NCBI GenBank assembly: GCA_963720755.1
Contig: CAVRGP010000011.1
Coordinates: 576,001 to 640,000, forward strand
Length of the DNA: 64,000 nt
Direction of reading: 5' to 3'
Origin: an uncultured Chloroflexia bacterium
Lineage (GTDB): Bacteria > Chloroflexota > Limnocylindria > Limnocylindrales > CSP1-4
Below the pieces are notes generated by a model that saw nothing but the letters and a program-made list of their open reading frames with translations, had not been told where the DNA came from and did not search any database. Below are positions 49,341 to 58,904 of this stretch, piece by piece (the stretch's first letter is position 1; every line of letters begins with the position of its first letter). The position numbers were made by a program, and so were the translations under genes.

Positions 49341-50669
49341 ATGCGCTTCCTGAGCCAGTGCATCGGCCTGCCGGTTCGCGACCCGTCCGGCGAGCCGATC
49401 GGCACCATCGCGGACCTGATCGTCGCCATCGGCGACCGGTACCCGCCCGTGACCGGGCTGGTCGCAAAGACCGACCGCCGTGAGATCTTCCTGCCCTGGC
49501 GCAACGTCGAGGTCTTCGACGATGGCGGGGCCCGTCTGCGAGTCCCGACCATCGACATCGGCGTGTTCCAGCAGCGCCCAACCGAGATCCTGCTCAAGGC
49601 CGATCTCCTCGACAAGCAGATCGTGGATATCGAGGGGCGCAAGGTCATCCGGGTCAATGACGTCAGCCTGGACGAGATCGATGGCCAGTTGCGGGTGGTC
49701 GCCGTGGACGTGGGTGCCGCCGGGCTGCTCCGTCGGCTCGGGATCGAGGGTCGGCTGCGAGGCGTCGCCCGCAACCTCAAGGTGGCGGTGCCGGAGCGCT
49801 ATATCGACTGGGAGGACGTCGACCCGCTCGAGAGCACGATCGCCAGCGTCCGGCTGCGCGTTCCCCACGCCAAGCTGGCCGAGCTCCACCCCGCGGACCT
49901 CGCCGCGATCATCGAGGAACTCACCCCGCGCGACCGCCTGGGGGTCCTGTCCTGGCTCGACGACGAGGCGCTTGCCGACGTCGTCGAGGAGATGGAGCCA
50001 GATACCCAGGTCGAGGTCCTCGAGGACCTCGAGCCCGGGCGGGCCGCCGACATTCTCGAGGAGATGAGTCCGGACGACGCGGCGGACCTGGTGGCCGACC
50101 TGTCGGACCGGAGCCGCGCCGAGATCCTCGCCCTGATGGAGGCCGGCGAAGCCGACGAGGTGCGCGACCTGCTCGCCTTCCCGGAGGATTCCGCGGGCGG
50201 GATGATGACGACCGAGTTCGTGGCCGTGGGAGCGACCCTCACGGCGGCCGAGACGATCGAGCGATTGCGCGAGTTGGAGCCGGACGCCGAGACGATCTAC
50301 TACGTCTACGTGGTCGACGACGTCGGCCGATTGGTCGGGGTCCTGTCGCTCCGCGACCTCATCGTCGCCCAGCCGGACACCCGGCTCAGTGACGTCATGA
50401 TGGACGAGCCCGTGGCCGTCGGCGTGCTCGAGCCGGCCGAGTCCGTCGCCGAGACCATCGCCCACTACAACCTCCTCGCCGTGCCCGTCATCGGCGACTC
50501 GGGCCGCCTGATCGGGATCGTGACCGTCGATGACGCGATGGACACGGTGGCCCCGTCCGCCTGGCGACGCCGGCTTCCCCGGGTGGTCGCCCGACCCGAT
50601 CGTGATGGCGTGCCGGGCGAGCCGATGGCCGCCCAGGCGCAGCCGCCCGACACCGATCCGCCCCGGTGA
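49341..50669 (+). CDS. Soluble MgtE-like regulatory protein (PRC barrels + MgtE_N + CBS pair, no TM domain)
   Basis: DLLDKQIVD..RVND, LHPADLA, EMSPDDAADL, SAGGMMTTEF, GIVTVDD. No hydrophobic MgtE membrane domain. Confidence 0.87.
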   Translation: MRFLSQCIGLPVRDPSGEPIGTIADLIVAIGDRYPPVTGLVAKTDRREIFLPWRNVEVFDDGGARLRVPTIDIGVFQQRPTEILLKADLLDKQIVDIEGRKVIRVNDVSLDEIDGQLRVVAVDVGAAGLLRRLGIEGRLRGVARNLKVAVPERYIDWEDVDPLESTIASVRLRVPHAKLAELHPADLAAIIEELTPRDRLGVLSWLDDEALADVVEEMEPDTQVEVLEDLEPGRAADILEEMSPDDAADLVADLSDRSRAEILALMEAGEADEVRDLLAFPEDSAGGMMTTEFVAVGATLTAAETIERLRELEPDAETIYYVYVVDDVGRLVGVLSLRDLIVAQPDTRLSDVMMDEPVAVGVLEPAESVAETIAHYNLLAVPVIGDSGRLIGIVTVDDAMDTVAPSAWRRRLPRVVARPDRDGVPGEPMAAQAQPPDTDPPR

Positions 50670-52015
50670 CGCACGGTCGGGGCCTGCGCGACACCGTGGT
50701 CGCGCAGCGTCGGCGCGTCGCGTCGCGTCTGCCGCGGATCCCGGTCCCGCGTCTCCGCGGTCGGTTCAGGCGTCGTGGCCTGCTCGCGTTCCTCGCGGTC
50801 ATGGGTCCAGGGATCATCGCGGGTGTCGCCGGCAACGACGCGGGGGGCCTGACGACGTACTCGGTGATGGGCGCGGAGACGGGGCTCAGCCTCCTGTGGA
50901 TCTTCCCGATCACGATCGTGATCCTCGCCGTCGTCCAGGAGATGGTCGCCCGCCTGGGGGTGATCACCGGCCAGGGCCTGTCCGATCTGATCCGCGAGCG
51001 GTTCGGCGTTCGCTGGACCGTCTTCGCGATGGTGGTCCTGCTGGTCGCGAACATCGCCAACACCATCGCGAATCTGGCCGGGGCGGCGGCAGCTCTCGAC
51101 ATCTTCGGTGTTCCGAAGTGGCTGACCGTCCCCATCGTGGCGATCTCGATCTGGGGGCTGGTCCTGTTCGCCAGCTATCGGAATGTCGAGCGGGTCTTCC
51201 TGGCCGTCATGCTCGTGTTCCTCGCCTATCCGATCGCAGCCGTGATGGCCACCCCGGACTGGACGCCCGTGGTCCACGCCTTCGTGTCCCCGTCCTTCGC
51301 CCTCGACCCGGCGGTCATGCTGCTGCTGGTCGCAGTCGTCGGCACGACGATCACGCCGTACATGCAGTTCTACCTGCAATCCGCAGTTGCGGAGAAAGGC
51401 ATCGGCGAGGAGGAACTTCGCCTGGAGCAGGCCGATGCCGTCGTCGGGTCGGTGTGGACGAACCTGATCGCGGTGTTCATCGTGGTCGCGACTGCGGCCG
51501 CGGTCGGTGTCGCCGGCGGGGCGACGATCAATTCGGCCGCCGACGCCGCCCAAGCCCTGGAGCCGGTCGCAGGACCGTGGGCCGAAGCGCTCTTCGGGAT
51601 CGGGTTGTTCGGGGCGTCCGTTCTGGCGGCAACGATCATGCCGATCTCGACCGCCTTCGTGATCTGCGAGGCGTTCGGCTGGGAAAGCGGCGTCGGCAAG
51701 CGCTTCGGGGATGCCCCGATCTTTTTCGGCGTCTACACCTTCATGCTCGCGCTCGGGGGCATCGTGGTGCTGCTCGTGGCGGACAGCGCCCTGGTCCCGA
51801 TCATCGTCGGCAGCCAGTACCTCCAGGGCATCCTGCTGCCCGTCGTCCTCGTGTTCGTCGTGCTCCTGGTCAACGACCGCCGCCTGATGGGCAGGTACGT
51901 CAACGGCCGGTGGGGCAACGTGCTCGCCTGGGGTGCGGTCGCGGTGGTCGTCGCACTCAACGTGGTGGTACTCGGCGTGGCGTTGCTGGGCGTCTTTGGG
52001 ATCACCATCGCCTGA
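50666..52015 (+). CDS. NRAMP-related divalent metal transporter (probably Mg; NrmT/NRMT-like)
   Basis: GPGII..GNDAGG in TM1, QEMVARLG..TGQGL, GTTITPYMQF in TM6. GTGA overlap with the MgtE-N gene; start uncertain. Confidence 0.88.
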   Translation: MTHGRGLRDTVVAQRRRVASRLPRIPVPRLRGRFRRRGLLAFLAVMGPGIIAGVAGNDAGGLTTYSVMGAETGLSLLWIFPITIVILAVVQEMVARLGVITGQGLSDLIRERFGVRWTVFAMVVLLVANIANTIANLAGAAAALDIFGVPKWLTVPIVAISIWGLVLFASYRNVERVFLAVMLVFLAYPIAAVMATPDWTPVVHAFVSPSFALDPAVMLLLVAVVGTTITPYMQFYLQSAVAEKGIGEEELRLEQADAVVGSVWTNLIAVFIVVATAAAVGVAGGATINSAADAAQALEPVAGPWAEALFGIGLFGASVLAATIMPISTAFVICEAFGWESGVGKRFGDAPIFFGVYTFMLALGGIVVLLVADSALVPIIVGSQYLQGILLPVVLVFVVLLVNDRRLMGRYVNGRWGNVLAWGAVAVVVALNVVVLGVALLGVFGITIA

Positions 52016-52186
52016 CCGGGTCATCCAGGGCGGGCCGTCCCGCTGCCCCGAAGGTGACTCATGGCCCTACGCACCGGTGCCGAATGGGGCGAGAGTCATG
52101 GTTGGATCGTGGCGCGAGTGTGCGCCGCGCTAGACGAAGACGACATGAACGCAGGGATCCTGCAGGACGATGGTGAGGTGGCTCCG

Positions 52187-52894
52187 ATGATGACCGTTCG
52201 CGATGTGATGACCAGTCCGGTGGTCTCGGTCCTGCCGTCGACGCCCCTCAAGGAGGTGGCGATCCTGCTGATCGACAACCGGATCAGCGGTCTGCCCGTG
52301 GTCGATGCCGAGGGCACGCTGCTCGGGATCGTTTCCGAGGCGGATTTCCTGATGAAGGAGCAGGGTGCCGAGGCGATCCGCCACCGGCGACTTGCCCGGT
52401 TCATCGGCGAGTCGCGCGAGTCCCGCGAGCGGCTCGAGAAGGTCGAAGCGATCACCGCCGCCGACGCGATGACGTCGCCGGCCGTCACGATCGCGTCGCG
52501 GAGCCGGATCAGCGAGGCGGCTGCATTGATGACCTCGCGGAAGGTGAACCGCCTGCCCGTCGTGGACGACGGGACCCTGGTCGGGATCGTGACCCGCGCG
52601 GACCTCGTCCGAGCCTACGTCCGCACCGACGAGGAACTGGCGACGACGATCCGGGAGGAAGTCCTGCTTCACGTCCTGTGGCTCGACCCGACGACGTTCA
52701 AGGTCTCGGTGCGGGGCGGCGTGGCGTCCATCAGCGGACACGTCGAGCGCCACTCGACCGCCGGGATGGTCGAGCAATTGTCGGCCATGGTCCCGGGGAT
52801 CATCGGCGTCCATACCGACATCACCTGGGCCGTTGACGATAGCCAACTCACCCCGGCCTCGAGCGATCCGGTCTTCCCGTTCGGCCAGCGCTGA
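52187..52894 (+). CDS. CBS-pair + BON domain protein
   Basis: VRDVMT, ISGLPVVD..GIVSEAD, VNRLPVV..GIVTRADL, C-terminal V.V..GV..ISG.V BON pattern. Confidence 0.87.
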   Translation: MMTVRDVMTSPVVSVLPSTPLKEVAILLIDNRISGLPVVDAEGTLLGIVSEADFLMKEQGAEAIRHRRLARFIGESRESRERLEKVEAITAADAMTSPAVTIASRSRISEAAALMTSRKVNRLPVVDDGTLVGIVTRADLVRAYVRTDEELATTIREEVLLHVLWLDPTTFKVSVRGGVASISGHVERHSTAGMVEQLSAMVPGIIGVHTDITWAVDDSQLTPASSDPVFPFGQR

Positions 52895-52909
52895 TCGGGG
52901 TTCCGGGCT

Positions 52910-53806
52910 TCAGCGAGTCGACGTGTTGCCGGGCTGCCCAGGTTCAGGGTCCCCGAACGCACCCGGCTCCGGTCCCGTGGCGATGGGCATGCCGGCCTGC
53001 GTCCAATCGGAGTAGGAACCGGGGTAGAGGATCGGATCCGGCAATCCGGCCAGCCGCATCACGAGGCTGTTGAAGCAGGCATTCACGCCACTGCCGCACG
53101 AGGTCACGACCGGGCCCCTCGACCCGTCCGCGCCGGCCGCCGCGAACCGCGCCGTCACGTCGGTGGCCCCGAGGATCCGGCCGTCGGGATCGAGGCTGTC
53201 CGCGGTCGGCACGTTGATGGCTGTCGGGATGTGGCCCGGGACGCGGTCGATCGGTTCGGTCTCCCCGAGGTAGCGCGGCCCGGCCCGCGCGTCGAGCAGG
53301 ACGACCGATCCAAGCTTCGCGGCGAGCTCGTCGCGGTCGATGACGTTCGACCAGTGGTCGCGGAGGTGGAGATGCCCGCGCGGCCGAGGCGTCGCTGCTT
53401 CGATGCTCATCGGCAGGCCGGCCGCCAGCCAGCCCTGGATCCCGCCATCGAGTACCGCGACACGGTCGTGCCCGAGGTCGTCGAGCATCCACCACAGGCG
53501 GGCCGCGATCGTGCCGCCGCTGTCGTCATACGCGACGACCGTGTCCTCGCTGCCGATCCCGGAGGTCTCGAGGCGATCGCGGAACGCCGCCGGGGTCGGC
53601 AGGGGATGGCGACCCGGTCCGGTGGGGGCAGCAAGATCGATATCCACATCCAGGAAGATGGCGCCCGGCAGGTGACCGGCGTCGTAGGCCGCTCGACCGC
53701 CGCCCGGGGTCCCCAGGACCCAGCGGACATCGACGAGTCGAACGTCGTCTCGCCCAAGCTCGGCAGACAGGGCACCGGGCGAGATGATCGGGGAGCGCGT
53801 CCTCAT
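52910..53806 (-). CDS. Tandem-domain sulfurtransferase (SseA/rhodanese)
   Basis: GHLPGA, GRHPLP, AARLWWML, GHIPTA, SCGSGVNA, YPGSYSDW. Confidence 0.93.
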   Translation of the reverse strand: MRTRSPIISPGALSAELGRDDVRLVDVRWVLGTPGGGRAAYDAGHLPGAIFLDVDIDLAAPTGPGRHPLPTPAAFRDRLETSGIGSEDTVVAYDDSGGTIAARLWWMLDDLGHDRVAVLDGGIQGWLAAGLPMSIEAATPRPRGHLHLRDHWSNVIDRDELAAKLGSVVLLDARAGPRYLGETEPIDRVPGHIPTAINVPTADSLDPDGRILGATDVTARFAAAGADGSRGPVVTSCGSGVNACFNSLVMRLAGLPDPILYPGSYSDWTQAGMPIATGPEPGAFGDPEPGQPGNTSTR

Positions 53807-53947
53807 GGGACCTCGAGTATGAACGACCCTTGGCCGCTCGATCTGGCCGGACCTTCAGGATGCCGTGCTATCCTTTCGCGCGGCGTCCGACAGGGGCGCC
53901 CGCGACGCCCGCGATCCGGCCAGGTCCGCGATCGGGCGCCTCTCCGC

Positions 53948-54022
53948 TCCGGCGTAGCTCAGTGGTAGAGCGGGCGGCTGTTAACCGCTTGGTCGTAGGT
54001 TCGAGTCCTACCGCCGGAGCCA
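53948..54022 (+). tRNA. tRNA-Asn (GTT)
   Basis: Acceptor stem TCCGGCG/CGCCGGA, D arm AGCTCAGTGGTAGAGC, anticodon loop CTGTTAA, GGTTCGAGTCC, encoded CCA end. Confidence 0.98.
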
Positions 54023-54077
54023 ACTTCTCCTCGTGGATCGTCATTCCCGGTCGCGCGAACCGTGCGAGACTTCGTCG

Positions 54078-55241
54078 ATGGCCACTGAGCCGGCGTGTCT
54101 TCTGATCGCCGATATCTCCGGGTACACGGGCTACCTCGCTGCGGTCGAGCTCGATCATGCCCAGGACATCCTCACCGACCTGATGGGGACCATCGTCAGT
54201 GCCCTGCGACCCGGTCTACGGCTCGCAAAACTCGAGGGTGATGCGGCGTTCATGTACGCGATCACCGACAAGCTCGACGGATCGCTGCTCCTCGACACGA
54301 TCGAGCGGTGCTACTTCGGCTTCCGACGGCGACGCCGCGACGTTCGCCAGGCGACGTCGTGCGAATGCAATGCCTGTGTCCGGATCCCGGATCTCAACTT
54401 GAAGTTCGTCGTGCATCACGGGACGGTCCTGCGACAGCGCATCGCCGGCCGCGACGAGCTGCTCGGGACGGACGTGATCGTCGCGCACCGCCTGCTCAAG
54501 AACGAGGTGGTTGCGAGCACAGGGATCGAGGCGTACGCCCTGTTCAGCCAGGCCTGCGTCGACGCGATGGATCTGGACGTGTCCGTACTCGGTATGCGGT
54601 TGACCAGCGAGACGTACGAGCACATCGGCAACGTGTCGGTCTGGGTCCACGATCTGGAACTGCGCTGGCAGGAGGAAGAGGCGCGCACCCGGGTCTTTGT
54701 CGATCGTGATGAGGCCGTCTACGAGGCGGAAGCGCCGACGTCGGCCCCGCCACAGGTCGCCTGGGAATTTGTGACCACGCCGGGGCGGCGCGTCTCCTGG
54801 CAGCTCGGGGTCACCGGGGTGGAGGTGATCGCCCCCGGGAACCGCCGTGGCGTGGGCGCCACGAACCACTGCGCGCACGGCGAGGGTGTGAGCATCGAGG
54901 AGCTGCTCGATTGGCGCCCACACGACTACTTCACCTTTCGCAATACGGTCCCCACGCCGATGGGTCCGGTCACCTTCCTGGTCACGACGGAGTTCGAGCC
55001 GACGCCGGGAGGGACCATCATCCACGAACGGTTCGCGCCGCCCGCGACCCCGAAAGAGCGGGACGTGATGGACCAGATGGCGGGCTGGATCGATGAGGCG
55101 ATGCGGACCAGCACCGACCGCCTCATGGAGCAGATCGACCAGGAGCTTGAACGCCGCCGGTCGGACGCTCCCGAAGAGCCGGATCTGCCACAGCCCCGCC
55201 GGGACGGCGTGCTGGCCGGCCTGTCAGCCGGCGACGCCTAA
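54078..55241 (+). CDS. DUF2652 (class III nucleotidyl cyclase-like) fused to SRPBCC/START domain
   Basis: IADISGYT, KLEGDA, CECNAC, KFVVHHG, GTDVIVAHRLLKN; C-terminal APPQVAWEF..W..E.LLDWRP..YF. Confidence 0.8.
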   Translation: MATEPACLLIADISGYTGYLAAVELDHAQDILTDLMGTIVSALRPGLRLAKLEGDAAFMYAITDKLDGSLLLDTIERCYFGFRRRRRDVRQATSCECNACVRIPDLNLKFVVHHGTVLRQRIAGRDELLGTDVIVAHRLLKNEVVASTGIEAYALFSQACVDAMDLDVSVLGMRLTSETYEHIGNVSVWVHDLELRWQEEEARTRVFVDRDEAVYEAEAPTSAPPQVAWEFVTTPGRRVSWQLGVTGVEVIAPGNRRGVGATNHCAHGEGVSIEELLDWRPHDYFTFRNTVPTPMGPVTFLVTTEFEPTPGGTIIHERFAPPATPKERDVMDQMAGWIDEAMRTSTDRLMEQIDQELERRRSDAPEEPDLPQPRRDGVLAGLSAGDA

Positions 55242-55300
55242 GCTCGACGACGCATACGCTCGACCGAGCGGACATCCCAAGCGATCGAGCGCGGATCCCG

Positions 55301-55918
55301 TCAGCGCGCGGCGGTCGGGACCGGAGGCTGGCTGTAGCCGCGTTCGGCGATCTCGCCGGCGCGCGCACGATAGGCCTCGGGGCTCGGTGCCGTCTGGGCG
55401 CGGAGCCCATCGACCATCCGGTTATACATCGAGAAGGCCGCCGCGATCAGCACCGCGAGCTGGACATCGGCATCGGTCGCGCCCGCGTCGACGGCGGCAG
55501 CCACATCGTCCGTGGTCAGATCGCGCGGTTCTCGCTGCACGGTTCGCGCGACATGAAGGAGCGCACGCATCTTGGCGTCGAACCCCTCCGACGAGCCGAC
55601 CTTGATCACGTCGATGAGGGGGGTTCGCTCGGTCGCGCCGGTCCGTTCGAGCAGGGCCGTCGCGAACGCGCCATGCGAATCCATGCAGAAGAAACAGTCG
55701 TTGGCCGCCGACACCGCGGTCGCGAGCATCTCCCGCTCGGCGCGTTCGAGCGTGGCGCCCGGAAAGTCCTTGACCAGCAGTTCGTCGGCCAGGCCCCGCA
55801 GATGGGTGCCGAGACCAGGCGTCAATCGCATCGCCACGTTGATCCCGGGGGCGTCGGGCAAGCTGCCCACGATCGGGGCTTCCTGGGAGCGGGTCAGGCG
55901 CTCTTCGTCACGTGCCAT
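55301..55918 (-). CDS. AhpD/carboxymuconolactone decarboxylase family peroxidase-related protein
   Basis: EREMLATAVSAANDCFFCMDSH, FSMYNRMVDGL. AGGAG RBS. Confidence 0.88.
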   Translation of the reverse strand: MARDEERLTRSQEAPIVGSLPDAPGINVAMRLTPGLGTHLRGLADELLVKDFPGATLERAEREMLATAVSAANDCFFCMDSHGAFATALLERTGATERTPLIDVIKVGSSEGFDAKMRALLHVARTVQREPRDLTTDDVAAAVDAGATDADVQLAVLIAAAFSMYNRMVDGLRAQTAPSPEAYRARAGEIAERGYSQPPVPTAAR

Positions 55919-55986
55919 GGTGGCCATCTCCTGTCGTACTTCGAGCGTGCCGGACCAGTATGGCGCACAACCGGACGCCGGGCCGT

Positions 55987-57591
55987 TCAGCCGCCGGACC
56001 CCGGTGGCAGGACCGCGACATTGAGCCAGCGATCCCCGGTGGCGCGGCGCAACGCGAAGGTGAGATCGAACGGGATCTTCCGGCTCGACTGGAGCGTTCC
56101 CGATGCGTCGTAGGTCTCCTGGGTCAGCGTTCCCTTGGAGGCGAATCCGAGGCTGAGGCCATCCTGCTTCCCGAACGGGACGAGCAGGGAAACGTCCATC
56201 GAATCGAACTGGTAGCGGGCGATGACGGTGGTGCCGGTCTCGATGGCCCGTTGAAGTCGATCCTGCATCTCCGCCAGGCGGTCGCCGTGATCGACCGCGG
56301 TCAGGATCTGCGGATCGTGCCGAAGCAACGCCTGGTTCTCCAGCTCGAGGTTCTCGGCCAGCGTGAGCACGATCGCCTGCATCCCCGGACCCGCGATCTC
56401 ATGGTCCCAGTCGGCGACACCCTGGTCGACGGTGATGGTCGGGAACGTCGACGGATCGAGGTTGTGCGGGACGCGCTCGAGGATCGCGGCGGTGTCGACG
56501 GCGGCGACACCGCGGGCCGGGGTACCGGCCGCGACGATGCCGACACCGACCATCAGCACGGCGGCGCCGACGATGCCGACCCGCAGCGCTGCGCGGACGA
56601 TGCCGGCCCCGGCGCCAGCGCTTGCCCGGCCGATCGTCCATCCGGTGGCGAACCGACGGATGTCGTCCGCTGCGGATCGAGGTTCGGGCAGCAGCCGGTC
56701 CAGGATCGGCCGAGCGGCGCACACGACGATCAGGCCGGCCAGCAGCCCGACCTTGGCGCCGTACTCGTCGGTCTGCGGTGCCATCAGGAGCGTGCTGGCG
56801 ACGGCGACGAGGATGCCGAACACGATCCGGCCGACGCGCCCGGCCGGGACGGTCTTCGGGTCCGTGATCATGAAGAACAGGAAGATCAGGACCTCCGGTG
56901 AGATGATGATCACCCGCCAGAAGTCGAACCCGCAGACCGGGGCGAACGCCCAGCGGGCGGTCATGCAATGGCCCGAGCCCGCCAGGATCCCGACCCCGAT
57001 CGCGAGCGCGACCCAGAACGTCGCCGCCAGGGCCAGGAGGTGCAGGCGCCTGGTGATGAGCAGGCCGCCGGTGATGATCCAGGCATACGCGGCGATCATC
57101 CAGGGGTCGCTCAGCGGGGCCCACCAGAAATCCAGTGGCTCGACCCGTGAACTGCCGAGGACGACGAACGCGACGACCAGTCCGAGGTTGGACGGGTTGA
57201 AGACGTGGGAGCCGCGGTAGCGGATGAGATATTTGGTCAGGAGTGAGAAGCCCGCGACCCCAGCGAACACGTACCACCCATAGGTGGTCCAGTGGTCATC
57301 GAGAGGCGTTCCCACCACCCGCAGGATGAGCGCGACGCCGCTGCCGGTGAGCATCGCACTGGCGGGCCACACGAACGACCGGGTCTGGCGAAAGGTGATC
57401 GCGACCTCGATGACGGCGCAGGTCAGGATGGCCGCGAGGATCTGCGGCACGCTGACCTCGAAACCCAGGCCGACCTGCCCGAGGATATGGATGGTGATGA
57501 TGACCGCCGCGACGTGGAGGCGGGGATCGCGGATGTTCGGCAGGATCAGCGGATACTGGCTGGCCCCGAACGTGACCGACCGGCTAGTCAC
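55987..57591 (-). CDS. RnfD/NqrB-like membrane protein (UnbU-like) with extra C-terminal domain
   Basis: RDPRLH, SAMLTG, KYLIR..GSHVFNPSNLGL, FMITDPKT (compare RnfD FMATDP). About 10 TM segments plus a soluble C-terminal region. Confidence 0.75.
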   Translation of the reverse strand: MTSRSVTFGASQYPLILPNIRDPRLHVAAVIITIHILGQVGLGFEVSVPQILAAILTCAVIEVAITFRQTRSFVWPASAMLTGSGVALILRVVGTPLDDHWTTYGWYVFAGVAGFSLLTKYLIRYRGSHVFNPSNLGLVVAFVVLGSSRVEPLDFWWAPLSDPWMIAAYAWIITGGLLITRRLHLLALAATFWVALAIGVGILAGSGHCMTARWAFAPVCGFDFWRVIIISPEVLIFLFFMITDPKTVPAGRVGRIVFGILVAVASTLLMAPQTDEYGAKVGLLAGLIVVCAARPILDRLLPEPRSAADDIRRFATGWTIGRASAGAGAGIVRAALRVGIVGAAVLMVGVGIVAAGTPARGVAAVDTAAILERVPHNLDPSTFPTITVDQGVADWDHEIAGPGMQAIVLTLAENLELENQALLRHDPQILTAVDHGDRLAEMQDRLQRAIETGTTVIARYQFDSMDVSLLVPFGKQDGLSLGFASKGTLTQETYDASGTLQSSRKIPFDLTFALRRATGDRWLNVAVLPPGSGG

Positions 57592-57600
57592 ATCGGTTCG

Positions 57601-57633
57601 GAGTCGCGAAACCGCTCAGAGTCGCGAAACCGC
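57601..57633. repeat. 15-bp direct repeat upstream of the unbU-like gene
   Basis: GAGTCGCGAAACCGC at 57601-57615 and 57619-57633; degenerate third copy near 57641. Confidence 0.8.
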
Positions 57634-57651
57634 GCGCGGACGAAACCCGCC

Positions 57652-58329
57652 TCAGACCTGACCATCGCCGAAGTGTAGCCGGACCCGTGATTCCGGCTCC
57701 TCGGTCGTCCCCACCGGTCGGTCGCAGGTCACGTTCCAGGTCTCGACGACTCGTTCGGCCCGGTCCCATCCCAGGATGGATATCGTCGCCGTGCCCAGCG
57801 CGAACATGCCGCCCGACGTCGGCGGCAGGTCGAGCCAGCGCGCCGCCAGGATCCGCAGCAGGTGTCCATGCGCGAACACGAGCACGTCGCCGTCGACCTT
57901 GTCGATCCGTGCGAGGACCCGGTCGGCCCGAGCACCGACCTCGTCGATGGTCTCGCCACCGGGCCACGGTCCACGCCAGATCGCCCAATCCGGGTGGCGC
58001 TGTCGGATCTCAGCCGTGGTCAGCCCTTCCAGGTCACCGTAATCCCACTCCTGGAGATCCGGATCGGCCACCACGTCCGCTGTCGGGACCGCGATGGCCG
58101 CGGTATCCCGTGCACGCAGCAACGGACTGCTCAGGATCTCCGCGAAGGCGTGCCCGGACAACCGATCGCCGAGGGCCCGTGCCTGCGCCCGTCCGATCTC
58201 GGTCAACGGCACATCCGTCCGGCCGGTGTGGCGCCCGGTGCGGGCCCATTCGGTCTCCCCGTGGCGCACGAGCCAGAGCTGCCGGGGGCGTGGCGCCGGC
58301 TCGTCGTCGTCCGGTCGGTCGCCGGTCAT
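57652..58329 (-). CDS. Histidine phosphatase family protein
   Basis: LVRHGETEW, GRTDVPLT, SSPLLRA, EWDYG, FAHGH. ATGA overlap with lemA. Confidence 0.93.
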   Translation of the reverse strand: MTGDRPDDDEPAPRPRQLWLVRHGETEWARTGRHTGRTDVPLTEIGRAQARALGDRLSGHAFAEILSSPLLRARDTAAIAVPTADVVADPDLQEWDYGDLEGLTTAEIRQRHPDWAIWRGPWPGGETIDEVGARADRVLARIDKVDGDVLVFAHGHLLRILAARWLDLPPTSGGMFALGTATISILGWDRAERVVETWNVTCDRPVGTTEEPESRVRLHFGDGQV

Positions 58330-58904
58330 CCGGGGGACCGGAGGTCCGTGTCCGGGCGGGCCAGGTCTGCGGCGTCCGCGGCGAAGAATTCGCGTGCCTG
58401 CCAGCCGAACACGGGTGCCAGGAGCAATCCCGGCAGCTGGATGATCCGCGTGTTGTAGCGGTAGACCTGGTCGTTGTAGAGCTCCCGCCGGTCCGCGATC
58501 ATGCCTTCCAGCCGCTCGATCTCGTCCTGCAGGTCCAGGACATTGGCCGCCGACTTGATCTCCGGATAGCGCTCGACCACGGCGAAGAGCGAGCGGACGG
58601 CGGCCGTGGTCGCCTCGGACGTCGCCGCCTGGTCGTGGATCGGCGCATTCGGCGCGTAGGCCGCCCGGGCCTCGGTGACCCGGACCAGGACGTCGCGCTC
58701 GTAGGCCATCAGGTCCCGGACGGCGGCGACCAGGTTCGGAAGCTGGTCATGGCGCTGGCGGAGGACGACGCCGATATTCGACCAGGCCTTGTCGATCCGC
58801 TGCCGGAGATCGACGACGGCGTTGTAGGTGACCAGCGCGACATAGCCGACGACGACCACCACCAGGCTGACGGCGAAGATCGCAGCGACCCCAGCCGGGC
58901 TCAC
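58326..58904 (-). CDS. lemA: LemA family protein
   Basis: N-terminal TM, YN...LRQRIDKAWSNI...RQRHDQLPNL, ERYPEIK, RRELYNDQV..YN. GTGA overlap with the GIDE gene. Confidence 0.93.
   Translation of the reverse strand: MSPAGVAAIFAVSLVVVVVGYVALVTYNAVVDLRQRIDKAWSNIGVVLRQRHDQLPNLVAAVRDLMAYERDVLVRVTEARAAYAPNAPIHDQAATSEATTAAVRSLFAVVERYPEIKSAANVLDLQDEIERLEGMIADRRELYNDQVYRYNTRIIQLPGLLLAPVFGWQAREFFAADAADLARPDTDLRSPG

Noticed and set aside
57601-57656. Mini CRISPR array
   Set aside because: The repeats are only 15 bp with a 3-nt gap, there are no spacers and no cas genes.
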